DNA of 64,000 nt from the human T2T-CHM13v2.0 reference genome, Homo sapiens, in NCBI RefSeq assembly GCF_009914755.1, contig NC_060939.1; one strand, written 5' to 3'. Shown here piece by piece: positions 10,243-23,898 of this stretch; within the stretch, counting starts at the first letter, position 1; each line of letters opens with the position of its first letter. Made by a program: the position numbers and the translations under genes. Below the pieces are notes generated by a model, which was not told the origin of the DNA, did not search any database, and saw nothing but the letters and a program-made list of their open reading frames with translations.

Positions 10243-13200
10243 CTTTCCACAGTACGCCTCAAAGTTCTCCAATTATCCACTCGTAGATCCTGCAAAAAGA
10301 GAGATTCAAAACTGCTCAATCAAAAGATAGTTTCTACTCCATTAGCTGAAAGACCACATCACAAAAAAAGTTTCTCAGGATGCTTCTGTGTAGTTTTTAT
10401 GTGAAGATATTTGGTTTTCCACAGTAGGCCTCAAAGCGCTCCAAATATCCACTCACAGATTCTGCAAAAAGAGAGATTCAAAACTGCTGAATCAAAAGAC
10501 AGTTTCAACTCTGTGACTTCAGTGCACACCTCACAAGGATGTTTCTCAGAATGCTTCTGTGTAGTTTTTATATAAAGATATCTCCTTCTCCAAAATGGAT
10601 CTCAAAGTTCTCCAAATATTCACTTCCAGATTCTATGGAAAGATTGTCTCAAAACTGCTCAATCAAACCAAAGGTTCAACTCTGTGAGATGAATGCCCAC
10701 ATCACAAAGAAGTTTCTCAGAGTACTTCTGTGTAGTTTCTATTTGAGGATAGTTCCTTTTCCACCACAGACCAGAAAGGGCTCCAAATATCCATTGCAGA
10801 TGGTACAAAAAGTGAGATTCAAAACTGCTCAATCCAAAGGTAGTTTCAACCATGTGATATGAATGCACACAGCACAGAGAATTTTCTCAAAATGCGTCTG
10901 TCTAGTTTTTATTTGAAGATATTTCCTTTTCTACCATAGGCCACAAACGTCTCCAAATATCCACATGCAGCTTCTACAAAAAGAGAGATTCAAAACTTCT
11001 CAATCAAAAGATAGGTTCAACTCTGTGAGTTGAAAGCACACCTCACAGAGAAGTTTCTCAGAGTGCTTCTGTGTGTTTTTATGTGAAGATATTTCCTTTT
11101 CCACAATAGGCCTCAAAGCTCTCCAAATATCTGCGAGCAGAGTCTACAAAATGAGAGATTCAAAACTGCTCAATGAAAAGATAGGTTCAACTCTGTGAGT
11201 TGAATGCACACCTCCAAAGAAGTTTCTCAGAATGCTTCCGTGTAGTTTTTATGTGAAGATATTTACTTTTCCACAGTTGTCCCAAAGCTCTAAAATGTCC
11301 ACTTGCAGACCCTCCAAAAGAGTGTTTCAGAATTGCTCAATCAAAGGGAAGGTTCAATTCTGTGTGACCAATGCACTCATCACAAAGAAGTTTGTCTGAA
11401 TGCTTCTGTGTAGAATTGATTTGAAGATAATTCCTTTTCCACCACAGTCCGCAAAGGGCTAAAAATATCCACTTGCCGATTCCACAAAAAGAGAGATTCA
11501 AAACTGCTCAATCACAAGATAGGTTCAACTTGGTAATTGGAAAGCACACATGACAAACAATTTCTGAGAATGTTTCTGTGTAGTTTTTAAGGGAAGATAT
11601 TTGATTTTCAAATGTAGGCCTCAAATCGCTCCAAATATCCACTTGCATATTGTACAAAAAGAGAGATTCAAAACTGGTCACTCAAAAGTTAGGTCCAGCT
11701 CTGTGAGCTGAATGCACACATCACAAAGATGTTTCTCAGAAGGTTTCTGTATAGTTTTTGTATGAAGATATTGGCTTTTCCACAATATGCCTCAAATCTC
11801 CCCAATTATCCACTTGCAGATTCTAGAAAAAGAGTGTTTCAAAACAGCTCAATCAAAATAAACTTTCAACTCTGTGAGATCAATGCACACATCACAAAGA
11901 AGTTTCTCAGAATGCTTCTGTGTAGTTTTTTTTGTGAAGATATTTGATTTTCCACAGCAGGCTTCCAAGCACTCCAAATATCCACTCGCAGATTCTGCAA
12001 AAAGAGAGATTCAAATCTGCTGAATCAAAAGATAGGTTTAACTCTGTGACTTCAATGCACACCTCACAAGGGTGTTTCTCAGAAAGCTTCTGTGTAGTTT
12101 TTATATGAAGATATCTCCTTCTCCAAAGCAGGTCTCAAAGCCCTCCAAATATTCACTTCAAGATTCTACGGAAAGATTGTCTCAACACTGCTAAATCTAA
12201 ACAAATGTTCAACTCTGTGTGATGAATGCACTCATCACAGAGTAGTTTCTCTGAATGCCTCTGTGTAGTTTTTATTTGAAGATATTTGCTTTTCCAGTAT
12301 AGGGCGAAATAGGGCTCCAAATATTCACTTGCAGATTCTACAAAAGGAGAGATTCCAAACTGCTCAATCAAAACATAGGTTCAACACTGTGAGTTGAATG
12401 CACACATCACAAAGAAGTTTCACAGAGTGCTTCTGGGTAGTTTTTATTTGAGGATATTTCCCTTTCCACAATAGGCCTCAAAGCTTTCCAAATATCCACT
12501 TGCAGATTCTGCAAAAAGAGAGATACAAAACTGCTCTATCAAAAGATAGATTCGACTCTGTGAGTTGAATGCCAACATCGCAAAGAAGTTTCTCAGAATG
12601 CTTCTCTGCAGCTTTTTTGTGAGTATGTTTCGTTTTCCACCATAGGGCGAAATGGGGCTCCAAATATCCACTTGCATTTCCTACAAAAAGAGAGATTCTA
12701 AGCTGCTCAATCAAAACATTGTTTCAACACGGTTAGTTGAATGCACACATCCCAAAGATGTTTTTCAGAGTGCTTCTGTGTGGTTTTTATGTGAAGATAC
12801 TTCCTTTTCCACAATAGGCCTCAAATCTCTGTAAATATCCACTTGCAGACTCTACAAAGAGTGTTTCCAAACTCCTCAATCATAAGATAGGTTCAACTCC
12901 GATAGTTGAATGCACACATCACAAAGAAGTTTCTCGGAAAGCTTCTGTGTAGTTTTTGATGAAGATATCTTCTTCTCTAAAACAGAACTCCAAGCCCTCC
13001 AAATATTCACTTCAAGATTCTACGGAAAGATTGTCTCAAACTGCTAAATCAAAACAAAGGTTCAACTCTGTGTGATGAATGCATTCATCACAAAGAAGTT
13101 TCTCTGAGTGCTTCTGTGCAGTTTTTATTTGAAGATAATTGCTTTTCCAGTATAGGGCGAAATAGGGCTCCAAATATTCACTTGCAGATTCTACAGAAAG

Positions 13201-13656
13201 AGAGATTCCAAACTGCTCAATCAAAACATAGGTTCAACACTGTGAGTTGAATGCATACATCGCAAAGAAGTTTCACAGAGTACTTCTGGGTGGTTTTTAT
13301 TTGAAGATATTTCCCTTTCCACAATAGGCCTCAAAGCTTTCCAAATGTCCACTTGCAGATTCCACCAAAAGAGTGTTTCGAAACTGCTCAATCAAAAGAA
13401 AGGTTCTACTCTGTGGGATGAATGCACACATCACAAAGTAGTTTCTCAGAATGCTTCTGTGTAGTTTTTATGTGAAGATATTTGTTTTTCCACAGTAGGC
13501 CCCAAAGAGCTCCAAATATTCACTTGCAGATTCTACAAAAAGAGTGTTCCAAAACTGCTCCATCATGAAATAGGATCAACCCTGTGAGATGAATGTACGT
13601 ATGACAGAGAAGTTTCTCAGAATGCTTCTGTGTAGTTTTTATGCGAAGATATTCGA
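10243..13656. repeat. HOR copy 4
   Basis: Offsets 1518G (11760), 2001T (12243), 1531G, 3319C. Confidence 0.96.
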
Positions 13657-16600
13657 CTTTCCACAGTACGCCTCAAAGTTCTCCAATTATCCACTCGTAG
13701 ATCCTGCAAAAAGAGAGATTCAAAACTGCTCAATCAAAAGATAGTTTCTACTCCATTAGCTGAAAGACCACATCACAAAAAAAGTTTCTCAGGATGCTTC
13801 TGTGTAGTTTTTATGTGAAGATATTTGGTTTTCCACAGTAGGCCTCAAAGCGCTCCAAATATCCACTCACAGATTCTGCAAAAAGAGAGATTCAAAACTG
13901 CTGAATCAAAAGACAGTTTCAACTCTGTGACTTCAGTGCACACCTCACAAGGATGTTTCTCAGAATGCTTCTGTGTAGTTTTTATATAAAGATATCTCCT
14001 TCTCCAAAATGGATCTCAAAGTTCTCCAAATATTCACTTCCAGATTCTATGGAAAGATTGTCTCAAAACTGCTCAATCAAACCAAAGGTTCAACTCTGTG
14101 AGATGAATGCCCACATCACAAAGAAGTTTCTCAGAGTACTTCTGTGTAGTTTCTATTTGAGGATAGTTCCTTTTCCACCACAGACCAGAAAGGGCTCCAA
14201 ATATCCATTGCAGATGGTACAAAAAGTGAGATTCAAAACTGCTCAATCCAAAGGTAGTTTCAACCATGTGATATGAATGCACACAGCACAGAGAATTTTC
14301 TCAAAATGCGTCTGTCTAGTTTTTATTTGAAGATATTTCCTTTTCTACCATAGGCCACAAACGTCTCCAAATATCCACATGCAGCTTCTACAAAAAGAGA
14401 GATTCAAAACTTCTCAATCAAAAGATAGGTTCAACTCTGTGAGTTGAAAGCACACCTCACAGAGAAGTTTCTCAGAGTGCTTCTGTGTGTTTTTATGTGA
14501 AGATATTTCCTTTTCCACAATAGGCCTCAAAGCTCTCCAAATATCTGCGAGCAGAGTCTACAAAATGAGAGATTCAAAACTGCTCAATGAAAAGATAGGT
14601 TCAACTCTGTGAGTTGAATGCACACCTCCAAAGAAGTTTCTCAGAATGCTTCCGTGTAGTTTTTATGTGAAGATATTTACTTTTCCACAGTTGTCCCAAA
14701 GCTCTAAAATGTCCACTTGCAGACCCTCCAAAAGAGTGTTTCAGAATTGCTCAATCAAAGGGAAGGTTCAATTCTGTGTGACCAATGCACTCATCACAAA
14801 GAAGTTTGTCTGAATGCTTCTGTGTAGAATTGATTTGAAGATAATTCCTTTTCCACCACAGTCCGCAAAGGGCTAAAAATATCCACTTGCCGATTCCACA
14901 AAAAGAGAGATTCAAAACTGCTCAATCACAAGATAGGTTCAACTTGGTAATTGGAAAGCACACATGACAAACAATTTCTGAGAATGTTTCTGTGTAGTTT
15001 TTAAGGGAAGATATTTGATTTTCAAATGTAGGCCTCAAATCGCTCCAAATATCCACTTGCATATTGTACAAAAAGAGAGATTCAAAACTGGTCACTCAAA
15101 AGTTAGGTCCAGCTCTGTGAGCTGAATGCACACATCACAAAGATGTTTCTCAGAAGGTTTCTGTATAGTTTCTATATGAAGATATTTGCTTTTCCACAAT
15201 ATGCCTCAAATCTCCCCAATTATCCACTTGCAGATTCTAGAAAAAGAGTGTTTCAAAACAGCTCAATCAAAATAAACTTTCAACTCTGTGAGATCAATGC
15301 ACACATCACAAAGAAGTTTCTCAGAATGCTTCTGTGTAGTTTTTTTTGTGAAGATATTTGATTTTCCACAGCAGGCTTCCAAGCACTCCAAATATCCACT
15401 CGCAGATTCTGCAAAAAGAGAGATTCAAATCTGCTGAATCAAAAGATAGGTTTAACTCTGTGACTTCAATGCACACCTCACAAGGGTGTTTCTCAGAAAG
15501 CTTCTGTGTAGTTTTTATATGAAGATATCTCCTTCTCCAAAGCAGGTCTCAAAGCCCTCCAAATATTCACTTCAAGATTCTACGGAAAGATTGTCTCAAC
15601 ACTGCTAAATCTAAACAAATGTTCAACTCTGTGTGATGAATGCACTCATCACAGAGAAGTTTCTCTGAATGCCTCTGTGTAGTTTTTATTTGAAGATATT
15701 TGCTTTTCCAGTATAGGGCGAAATAGGGCTCCAAATATTCACTTGCAGATTCTACAAAAGGAGAGATTCCAAACTGCTCAATCAAAACATAGGTTCAACA
15801 CTGTGAGTTGAATGCACACATCACAAAGAAGTTTCACAGAGTGCTTCTGGGTAGTTTTTATTTGAGGATATTTCCCTTTCCACAATAGGCCTCAAAGCTT
15901 TCCAAATATCCACTTGCAGATTCTGCAAAAAGAGAGATACAAAACTGCTCTATCAAAAGATAGATTCGACTCTGTGAGTTGAATGCCAACATCGCAAAGA
16001 AGTTTCTCAGAATGCTTCTCTGCAGCTTTTTTGTGAGTATGTTTCGTTTTCCACCATAGGGCGAAATGGGGCTCCAAATATCCACTTGCATTTCCTACAA
16101 AAAGAGAGATTCTAAGCTGCTCAATCAAAACATTGTTTCAACACGGTTAGTTGAATGCACACATCCCAAAGATGTTTTTCAGAGTGCTTCTGTGTGGTTT
16201 TTATGTGAAGATACTTCCTTTTCCACAATAGGCCTCAAATCTCTGTAAATATCCACTTGCAGACTCTACAAAGAGTGTTTCCAAACTCCTCAATCATAAG
16301 ATAGGTTCAACTCCGATAGTTGAATGCACACATCACAAAGAAGTTTCTCGGAAAGCTTCTGTGTAGTTTTTGATGAAGATATCTTCTTCTCTAAAACAGA
16401 ACTCCAAGCCCTCCAAATATTAACTTCAAGATTCTACGGAAAGATTGTCTCAAACTGCTAAATCAAAACAAAGGTTCAACTCTGTGTGATGAATGCATTC
16501 ATCACAAAGAAGTTTCTCTGAGTGCTTCTGTGCAGTTTTTATTTGAAGATAATTGCTTTTCCAGTATAGGGCGAAATAGGGCTCCAAATATTCACTTGCA

Positions 16601-17070
16601 GATTCTACAGAAAGAGAGATTCCAAACTGCTCAATCAAAACATAGGTTCAACACTGTGAGTTGAATGCATACATCGCAAAGAAGTTTCACAGAGTACTTC
16701 TGGGTGGTTTTTATTTGAAGATATTTCCCTTTCCACAATAGGCCTCAAAGCTTTCCAAATGTCCACTTGCAGATTCCACCAAAAGAGTGTTTCGAAACTG
16801 CTCAATCAAAAGAAAGGTTCTACTCTGTGGGATGAATGCACACATCACAAAGTAGTTTCTCAGAATGCTTCTGTGTAGTTTTTATGTGAAGATATTTGTT
16901 TTTCCACAGTAGGCCCCAAAGAGCTCCAAATATTCACTTGCAGATTCTACAAAAAGAGTGTTCCAAAACTGCTCCATCATGAAATAGGATCAACCCTGTG
17001 AGATGAATGTACGTATGACAGAGAAGTTTCTCAGAATGCTTCTGTGTAGTTTTTATGCGAAGATATTCGA
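13657..17070. repeat. HOR copy 5
   Basis: Offsets 1516C (15172), 1531T, 3319C; private A at 16422. Confidence 0.96.
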
Positions 17071-20000
17071 CTTTCCACAGTACGCCTCAAAGTTCTCCAA
17101 TTATCCACTCGTAGATCCTGCAAAAAGAGAGATTCAAAACTGCTCAATCAAAAGATACTTTCTACTCCATTAGCTGAAACACCACATCACAAAAAAAGTT
17201 TCTCAGGATGCTTCTGTGTAGTTTTTATGTGAAGATATTTGGTTTTCCACAGTAGGCCTCAAAGCGCTCCAAATATCCACTCACAGATTCTGCAAAAAGA
17301 GAGATTCAAAACTGCTGAATCAAAAGACAGTTTCAACTCTGTGACTTCAGTGCACACCTCACAAGGATGTTTCTCAGAATGCTTCTGTGTAGTTTTTATA
17401 TAAAGATATCTCCTTCTCCAAAATGGATCTCAAAGTTCTCCAAATATTCACTTCCAGATTCTATGGAAAGATTGTCTCAAAACTGCTCAATCAAACCAAA
17501 GGTTCAACTCTGTGAGATGAATGCCCACATCACAAAGAAGTTTCTCAGAGTACTTCTGTGTAGTTTCTATTTGAGGATAGTTCCTTTTCCACCACAGACC
17601 AGAAAGGGCTCCAAATATCCATTGCAGATGGTACAAAAAGTGAGATTCAAAACTGCTCAATCCAAAGGTAGTTTCAACCATGTGATATGAATGCACACAG
17701 CACAGAGAATTTTCTCAAAATGCGTCTGTCTAGTTTTTATTTGAAGATATTTCCTTTTCTACCATAGGCCACAAACGTCTCCAAATATCCACATGCAGCT
17801 TCTACAAAAAGAGAGATTCCAAACTTCTCAATCAAAAGATAGGTTCAACTCTGTGAGTTGAAAGCACACCTCACAGAGAAGTTTCTCAGAGTGCTTCTGT
17901 GTGTTTTTATGTGAAGATATTTCCTTTTCCACAATAGGCCTCAAAGCTCTCCAAATATCTGCGAGCAGAGTCTACAAAATGAGAGATTCAAAACTGCTCA
18001 ATGAAAAGATAGGTTCAACTCTGTGAGTTGAATGCACACCTCCAAAGAAGTTTCTCAGAATGCTTCCGTGTAGTTTTTATGTGAAGATATTTACTTTTCC
18101 ACAGTTGTCCCAAAGCTCTAAAATGTCCACTTGCAGACCCTCCAAAAGAGTGTTTCAGAATTGCTCAATCAAAGGGAAGGTTCAATTCTGTGTGACCAAT
18201 GCACTCATCACAAAGAAGTTTGTCTGAATGCTTCTGTGTAGAATTGATTTGAAGATAATTCCTTTTCCACCACAGTCCGCAAAGGGCTAAAAATATCCAC
18301 TTGCCGATTCCACAAAAAGAGAGATTCAAAACTGCTCAATCACAAGATAGGTTCAACTTGGTAATTGGAAAGCACACATGACAAACAATTTCTGAGAATG
18401 TTTCTGTGTAGTTTTTAAGGGAAGATATTTGATTTTCAAATGTAGGCCTCAAATCGCTCCAAATATCCACTTGCATATTGTACAAAAAGAGAGATTCAAA
18501 ACTGGTCACTCAAAAGTTAGGTCCAGCTCTGTGAGCTGAATGCACACATCACAAAGATGTTTCTCAGAAGGTTTCTGTATAGTTTTTATATGAAGATATT
18601 GGCTTTTCCACAATATGCCTCAAATCTCCCCAATTATCCACTTGCAGATTCTAGAAAAAGAGTGTTTCAAAACAGCTCAATCAAAATAAACTTTCAACTC
18701 TGTGAGATCAATGCACACATCACAAAGAAGTTTCTCAGAATGCTTCTGTGTAGTTTTTTTTGTGAAGATATTTGATTTTCCACAGCAGGCTTCCAAGCAC
18801 TCCAAATATCCACTCGCAGATTCTGCAAAAAGAGAGATTCAAATCTGCTGAATCAAAAGATAGGTTTAACTCTGTGACTTCAATGCACACCTCACAAGGG
18901 TGTTTCTCAGAAAGCTTCTGTGTAGTTTTTATATGAAGATATCTCCTTCTCCAAAGCAGGTCTCAAAGCCCTCCAAATATTCACTTCAAGATTCTACGGA
19001 AAGATTGTCTCAACACTGCTAAATCTAAACAAATGTTCAACTCTGTGTGATGAATGCACTCATCACAGAGAAGTTTCTCTGAATGCCTCTGTGTAGTTTT
19101 TATTTGAAGATATTTGCTTTTCCAGTATAGGGCGAAATAGGGCTCCAAATATTCACTTGCAGATTCTACAAAAGGAGAGATTCCAAACTGCTCAATCAAA
19201 ACATAGGTTCAACACTGTGAGTTGAATGCACACATCACAAAGAAGTTTCACAGAGTGCTTCTGGGTAGTTTTTATTTGAGGATATTTCCCTTTCCACAAT
19301 AGGCCTCAAAGCTTTCCAAATATCCACTTGCAGATTCTGCAAAAAGAGAGATACAAAACTGCTCTATCAAAAGATAGATTCGACTCTGTGAGTTGAATGC
19401 CAACATCGCAAAGAAGTTTCTCAGAATGCTTCTCTGCAGCTTTTTTGTGAGTATGTTTCGTTTTCCACCATAGGGCGAAATGGGGCTCCAAATATCCACT
19501 TGCATTTCCTACAAAAAGAGAGATTCTAAGCTGCTCAATCAAAACATTGTTTCAACACGGTTAGTTGAATGCACACATCCCAAAGATGTTTTTCAGAGTG
19601 CTTCTGTGTGGTTTTTATGTGAAGATACTTCCTTTTCCACAATAGGCCTCAAATCTCTGTAAATATCCACTTGCAGACTCTACAAAGAGTGTTTCCAAAC
19701 TCCTCAATCATAAGATAGGTTCAACTCCGATAGTTGAATGCACACATCACAAAGAAGTTTCTCGGAAAGCTTCTGTGTAGTTTTTGATGAAGATATCTTC
19801 TTCTCTAAAACAGAACTCCAAGCCCTCCAAATATTCACTTCAAGATTCTACGGAAAGATTGTCTCAAACTGCTAAATCAAAACAAAGGTTCAACTCTGTG
19901 TGATGAATGCATTCATCACAAAGAAGTTTCTCTGAGTGCTTCTGTGCAGTTTTTATTTGAAGATAATTGCTTTTCCAGTATAGGGCGAAATAGGGCTCCA

Positions 20001-20484
20001 AATATTCACTTGCAGATTCTACAGAAAGAGAGATTCCAAACTGCTCAATCAAAACATAGGTTCAACACTGTGAGTTGAATGCATACATCGCAAAGAAGTT
20101 TCACAGAGTACTTCTGGGTGGTTTTTATTTGAAGATATTTCCCTTTCCACAATAGGCCTCAAAGCTTTCCAAATGTCCACTTGCAGATTCCACCAAAAGA
20201 GTGTTTCGAAACTGCTCAATCAAAAGAAAGGTTCTACTCTGTGGGATGAATGCACACATCACAAAGTAGTTTCTCAGAATGCTTCTGTGTAGTTTTTATG
20301 TGAAGATATTTGTTTTTCCACAGTAGGCCCCAAAGAGCTCCAAATATTCACTTGCAGATTCTACAAAAAGAGTGTTCCAAAACTGCTCAATCATGAAATA
20401 GGATCAACCCTGTGAGATGAATGTACGTATGACAGAGAAGTTTCTCAGAATGCTTCTGTGTAGTTTTTATGCGAAGATATTCGA
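17071..20484. repeat. HOR copy 6
   Basis: Offsets 110C (17180), 750C (17820), 1531G, 3319A; private C at 17158. Confidence 0.96.
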
Positions 20485-23400
20485 CTTTCCACAGTACGCC
20501 TCAAAGTTCTCCAATTATCCACTCGTAGATCCTGCAAAAAGAGAGATTCAAAACTGCTCAATCAAAAGATAGTTTCTACTCCATTAGCTGAAAGACCACA
20601 TCACAAAAAAAGTTTCTCAGGATGCTTCTGTGTAGTTTTTATGTGAAGATATTTGGTTTTCCACAGTAGGCCTCAAAGCGCTCCAAATATCCACTCACAG
20701 ATTCTGCAAAAAGAGAGATTCAAAACTGCTGAATCAAAAGACAGTTTCAACTCTGTGACTTCAGTGCACACCTCACAAGGATGTTTCTCAGAATGCTTCT
20801 GTGTAGTTTTTATATAAAGATATCTCCTTCTCCAAAATGGATCTCAAAGTTCTCCAAATATTCACTTCCAGATTCTATGGAAAGATTGTCTCAAAACTGC
20901 TCAATCAAACCAAAGGTTCAACTCTGTGAGATGAATGCCCACATCACAAAGAAGTTTCTCAGAGTACTTCTGTGTAGTTTCTATTTGAGGATAGTTCCTT
21001 TTCCACCACAGACCAGAAAGGGCTCCAAATATCCATTGCAGATGGTACAAAAAGTGAGATTCAAAACTGCTCAATCCAAAGGTAGTTTCAACCATGTGAT
21101 ATGAATGCACACAGCACAGAGAATTTTCTCAAAATGCGTCTGTCTAGTTTTTATTTGAAGATATTTCCTTTTCTACCATAGGCCACAAACGTCTCCAAAT
21201 ATCCACATGCAGCTTCTACAAAAAGAGAGATTCAAAACTTCTCAATCAAAAGATAGGTTCAACTCTGTGAGTTGAAAGCACACCTCACAGAGAAGTTTCT
21301 CAGAGTGCTTCTGTGTGTTTTTATGTGAAGATATTTCCTTTTCCACAATAGGCCTCAAAGCTCTCCAAATATCTGCGAGCAGAGTCTACAAAATGAGAGA
21401 TTCAAAACTGCTCAATGAAAAGATAGGTTCAACTCTGTGAGTTGAATGCACACCTCCAAAGAAGTTTCTCAGAATGCTTCCGTGTAGTTTTTATGTGAAG
21501 ATATTTACTTTTCCACAGTTGTCCCAAAGCTCTAAAATGTCCACTTGCAGACCCTCCAAAAGAGTGTTTCAGAATTGCTCAATCAAAGGGAAGGTTCAAT
21601 TCTGTGTGACCAATGCACTCATCACAAAGAAGTTTGTCTGAATGCTTCTGTGTAGAATTGATTTGAAGATAATTCCTTTTCCACCACAGTCCGCAAAGGG
21701 CTAAAAATATCCACTTGCCGATTCCACAAAAAGAGAGATTCAAAACTGCTCAATCACAAGATAGGTTCAACTTGGTAATTGGAAAGCACACATGACAAAC
21801 AATTTCTGAGAATGTTTCTGTGTAGTTTTTAAGGGAAGATATTTGATTTTCAAATGTAGGCCTCAAATCGCTCCAAATATCCACTTGCATATTGTACAAA
21901 AAGAGAGATTCAAAACTGGTCACTCAAAAGTTAGGTCCAGCTCTGTGAGCTGAATGCACACATCACAAAGATGTTTCTCAGAAGGTTTCTGTATAGTTTT
22001 TATATGAAGATATTGGCTTTTCCACAATATGCCTCAAATCTCCCCAATTATCCACTTGCAGATTCTAGAAAAAGAGTGTTTCAAAACAGCTCAATCAAAA
22101 TAAACTTTCAACTCTGTGAGATCAATGCACACATCACAAAGAAGTTTCTCAGAATGCTTCTGTGTAGTTTTTTTTGTGAAGATATTTGATTTTCCACAGC
22201 AGGCTTCCAAGCACTCCAAATATCCACTCGCAGATTCTGCAAAAAGAGAGATTCAAATCTGCTGAATCAAAAGATAGGTTTAACTCTGTGACTTCAATGC
22301 ACACCTCACAAGGGTGTTTCTCAGAAAGCTTCTGTGTAGTTTTTATATGAAGATATCTCCTTCTCCAAAGCAGGTCTCAAAGCCCTCCAAATATTCACTT
22401 CAAGATTCTACGGAAAGATTGTCTCAACACTGCTAAATCTAAACAAATGTTCAACTCTGTGTGATGAATGCACTCATCACAGAGAAGTTTCTCTGAATGC
22501 CTCTGTGTAGTTTTTATTTGAAGATATTTGCTTTTCCAGTATAGGGCGAAATAGGGCTCCAAATATTCACTTGCAGATTCTACAAAAGGAGAGATTCCAA
22601 ACTGCTCAATCAAAACATAGGTTCAACACTGTGAGTTGAATGCACACATCACAAAGAAGTTTCACAGAGTGCTTCTGGGTAGTTTTTATTTGAGGATATT
22701 TCCCTTTCCACAATAGGCCTCAAAGCTTTCCAAATATCCACTTGCAGATTCTGCAAAAAGAGAGATACAAAACTGCTCTATCAAAAGATAGATTCGACTC
22801 TGTGAGTTGAATGCCAACATCGCAAAGAAGTTTCTCAGAATGCTTCTCTGCAGCTTTTTTGTGAGTATGTTTCGTTTTCCACCATAGGGCGAAATGGGGC
22901 TCCAAATATCCACTTGCATTTCCTACAAAAAGAGAGATTCTAAGCTGCTCAATCAAAACATTGTTTCAACACGGTTAGTTGAATGCACACATCCCAAAGA
23001 TGTTTTTCAGAGTGCTTCTGTGTGGTTTTTATGTGAAGATACTTCCTTTTCCACAATAGGCCTCAAATCTCTGTAAATATCCACTTGCAGACTCTACAAA
23101 GAGTGTTTCCAAACTCCTCAATCATAAGATAGGTTCAACTCCGATAGTTGAATGCACACATCACAAAGAAGTTTCTCGGAAAGCTTCTGTGTAGTTTTTG
23201 ATGAAGATATCTTCTTCTCTAAAACAGAACTCCAAGCCCTCCAAATATTCACTTCAAGATTCTACGGAAAGATTGTCTCAAACTGCTAAATCAAAACAAA
23301 GGTTCAACTCTGTGTGATGAATGCATTCATCACAAAGAAGTTTCTCTGAGTGCTTCTGTGCAGTTTTTATTTGAAGATAATTGCTTTTCCAGTATAGGGC

Positions 23401-23898
23401 GAAATAGGGCTCCAAATATTCACTTGCAGATTCTACAGAAAGAGAGATTCCAAACTGCTCAATCAAAACATAGGTTCAACACTGTGAGTTGAATGCATAC
23501 ATCGCAAAGAAGTTTCACAGAGTACTTCTGGGTGGTTTTTATTTGAAGATATTTCCCTTTCCACAATAGGCCTCAAAGCTTTCCAAATGTCCACTTGCAG
23601 ATTCCACCAAAAGAGTGTTTCGAAACTGCTCAATCAAAAGAAAGGTTCTACTCTGTGGGATGAATGCACACATCACAAAGTAGTTTCTCAGAATGCTTCT
23701 GTGTAGTTTTTATGTGAAGATATTTGTTTTTCCACAGTAGGCCCCAAAGAGCTCCAAATATTCACTTGCAGATTCTACAAAAAGAGTGTTCCAAAACTGC
23801 TCAATCATGAAATAGGATCAACCCTGTGAGATGAATGTACGTATGACAGAGAAGTTTCTCAGAATGCTTCTGTGTAGTTTTTATGCGAAGATATTCGA
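20485..23898. repeat. HOR copy 7 (majority-consensus-like)
   Basis: 1531G, 3319A; no private variant noticed by eye. Confidence 0.95.
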
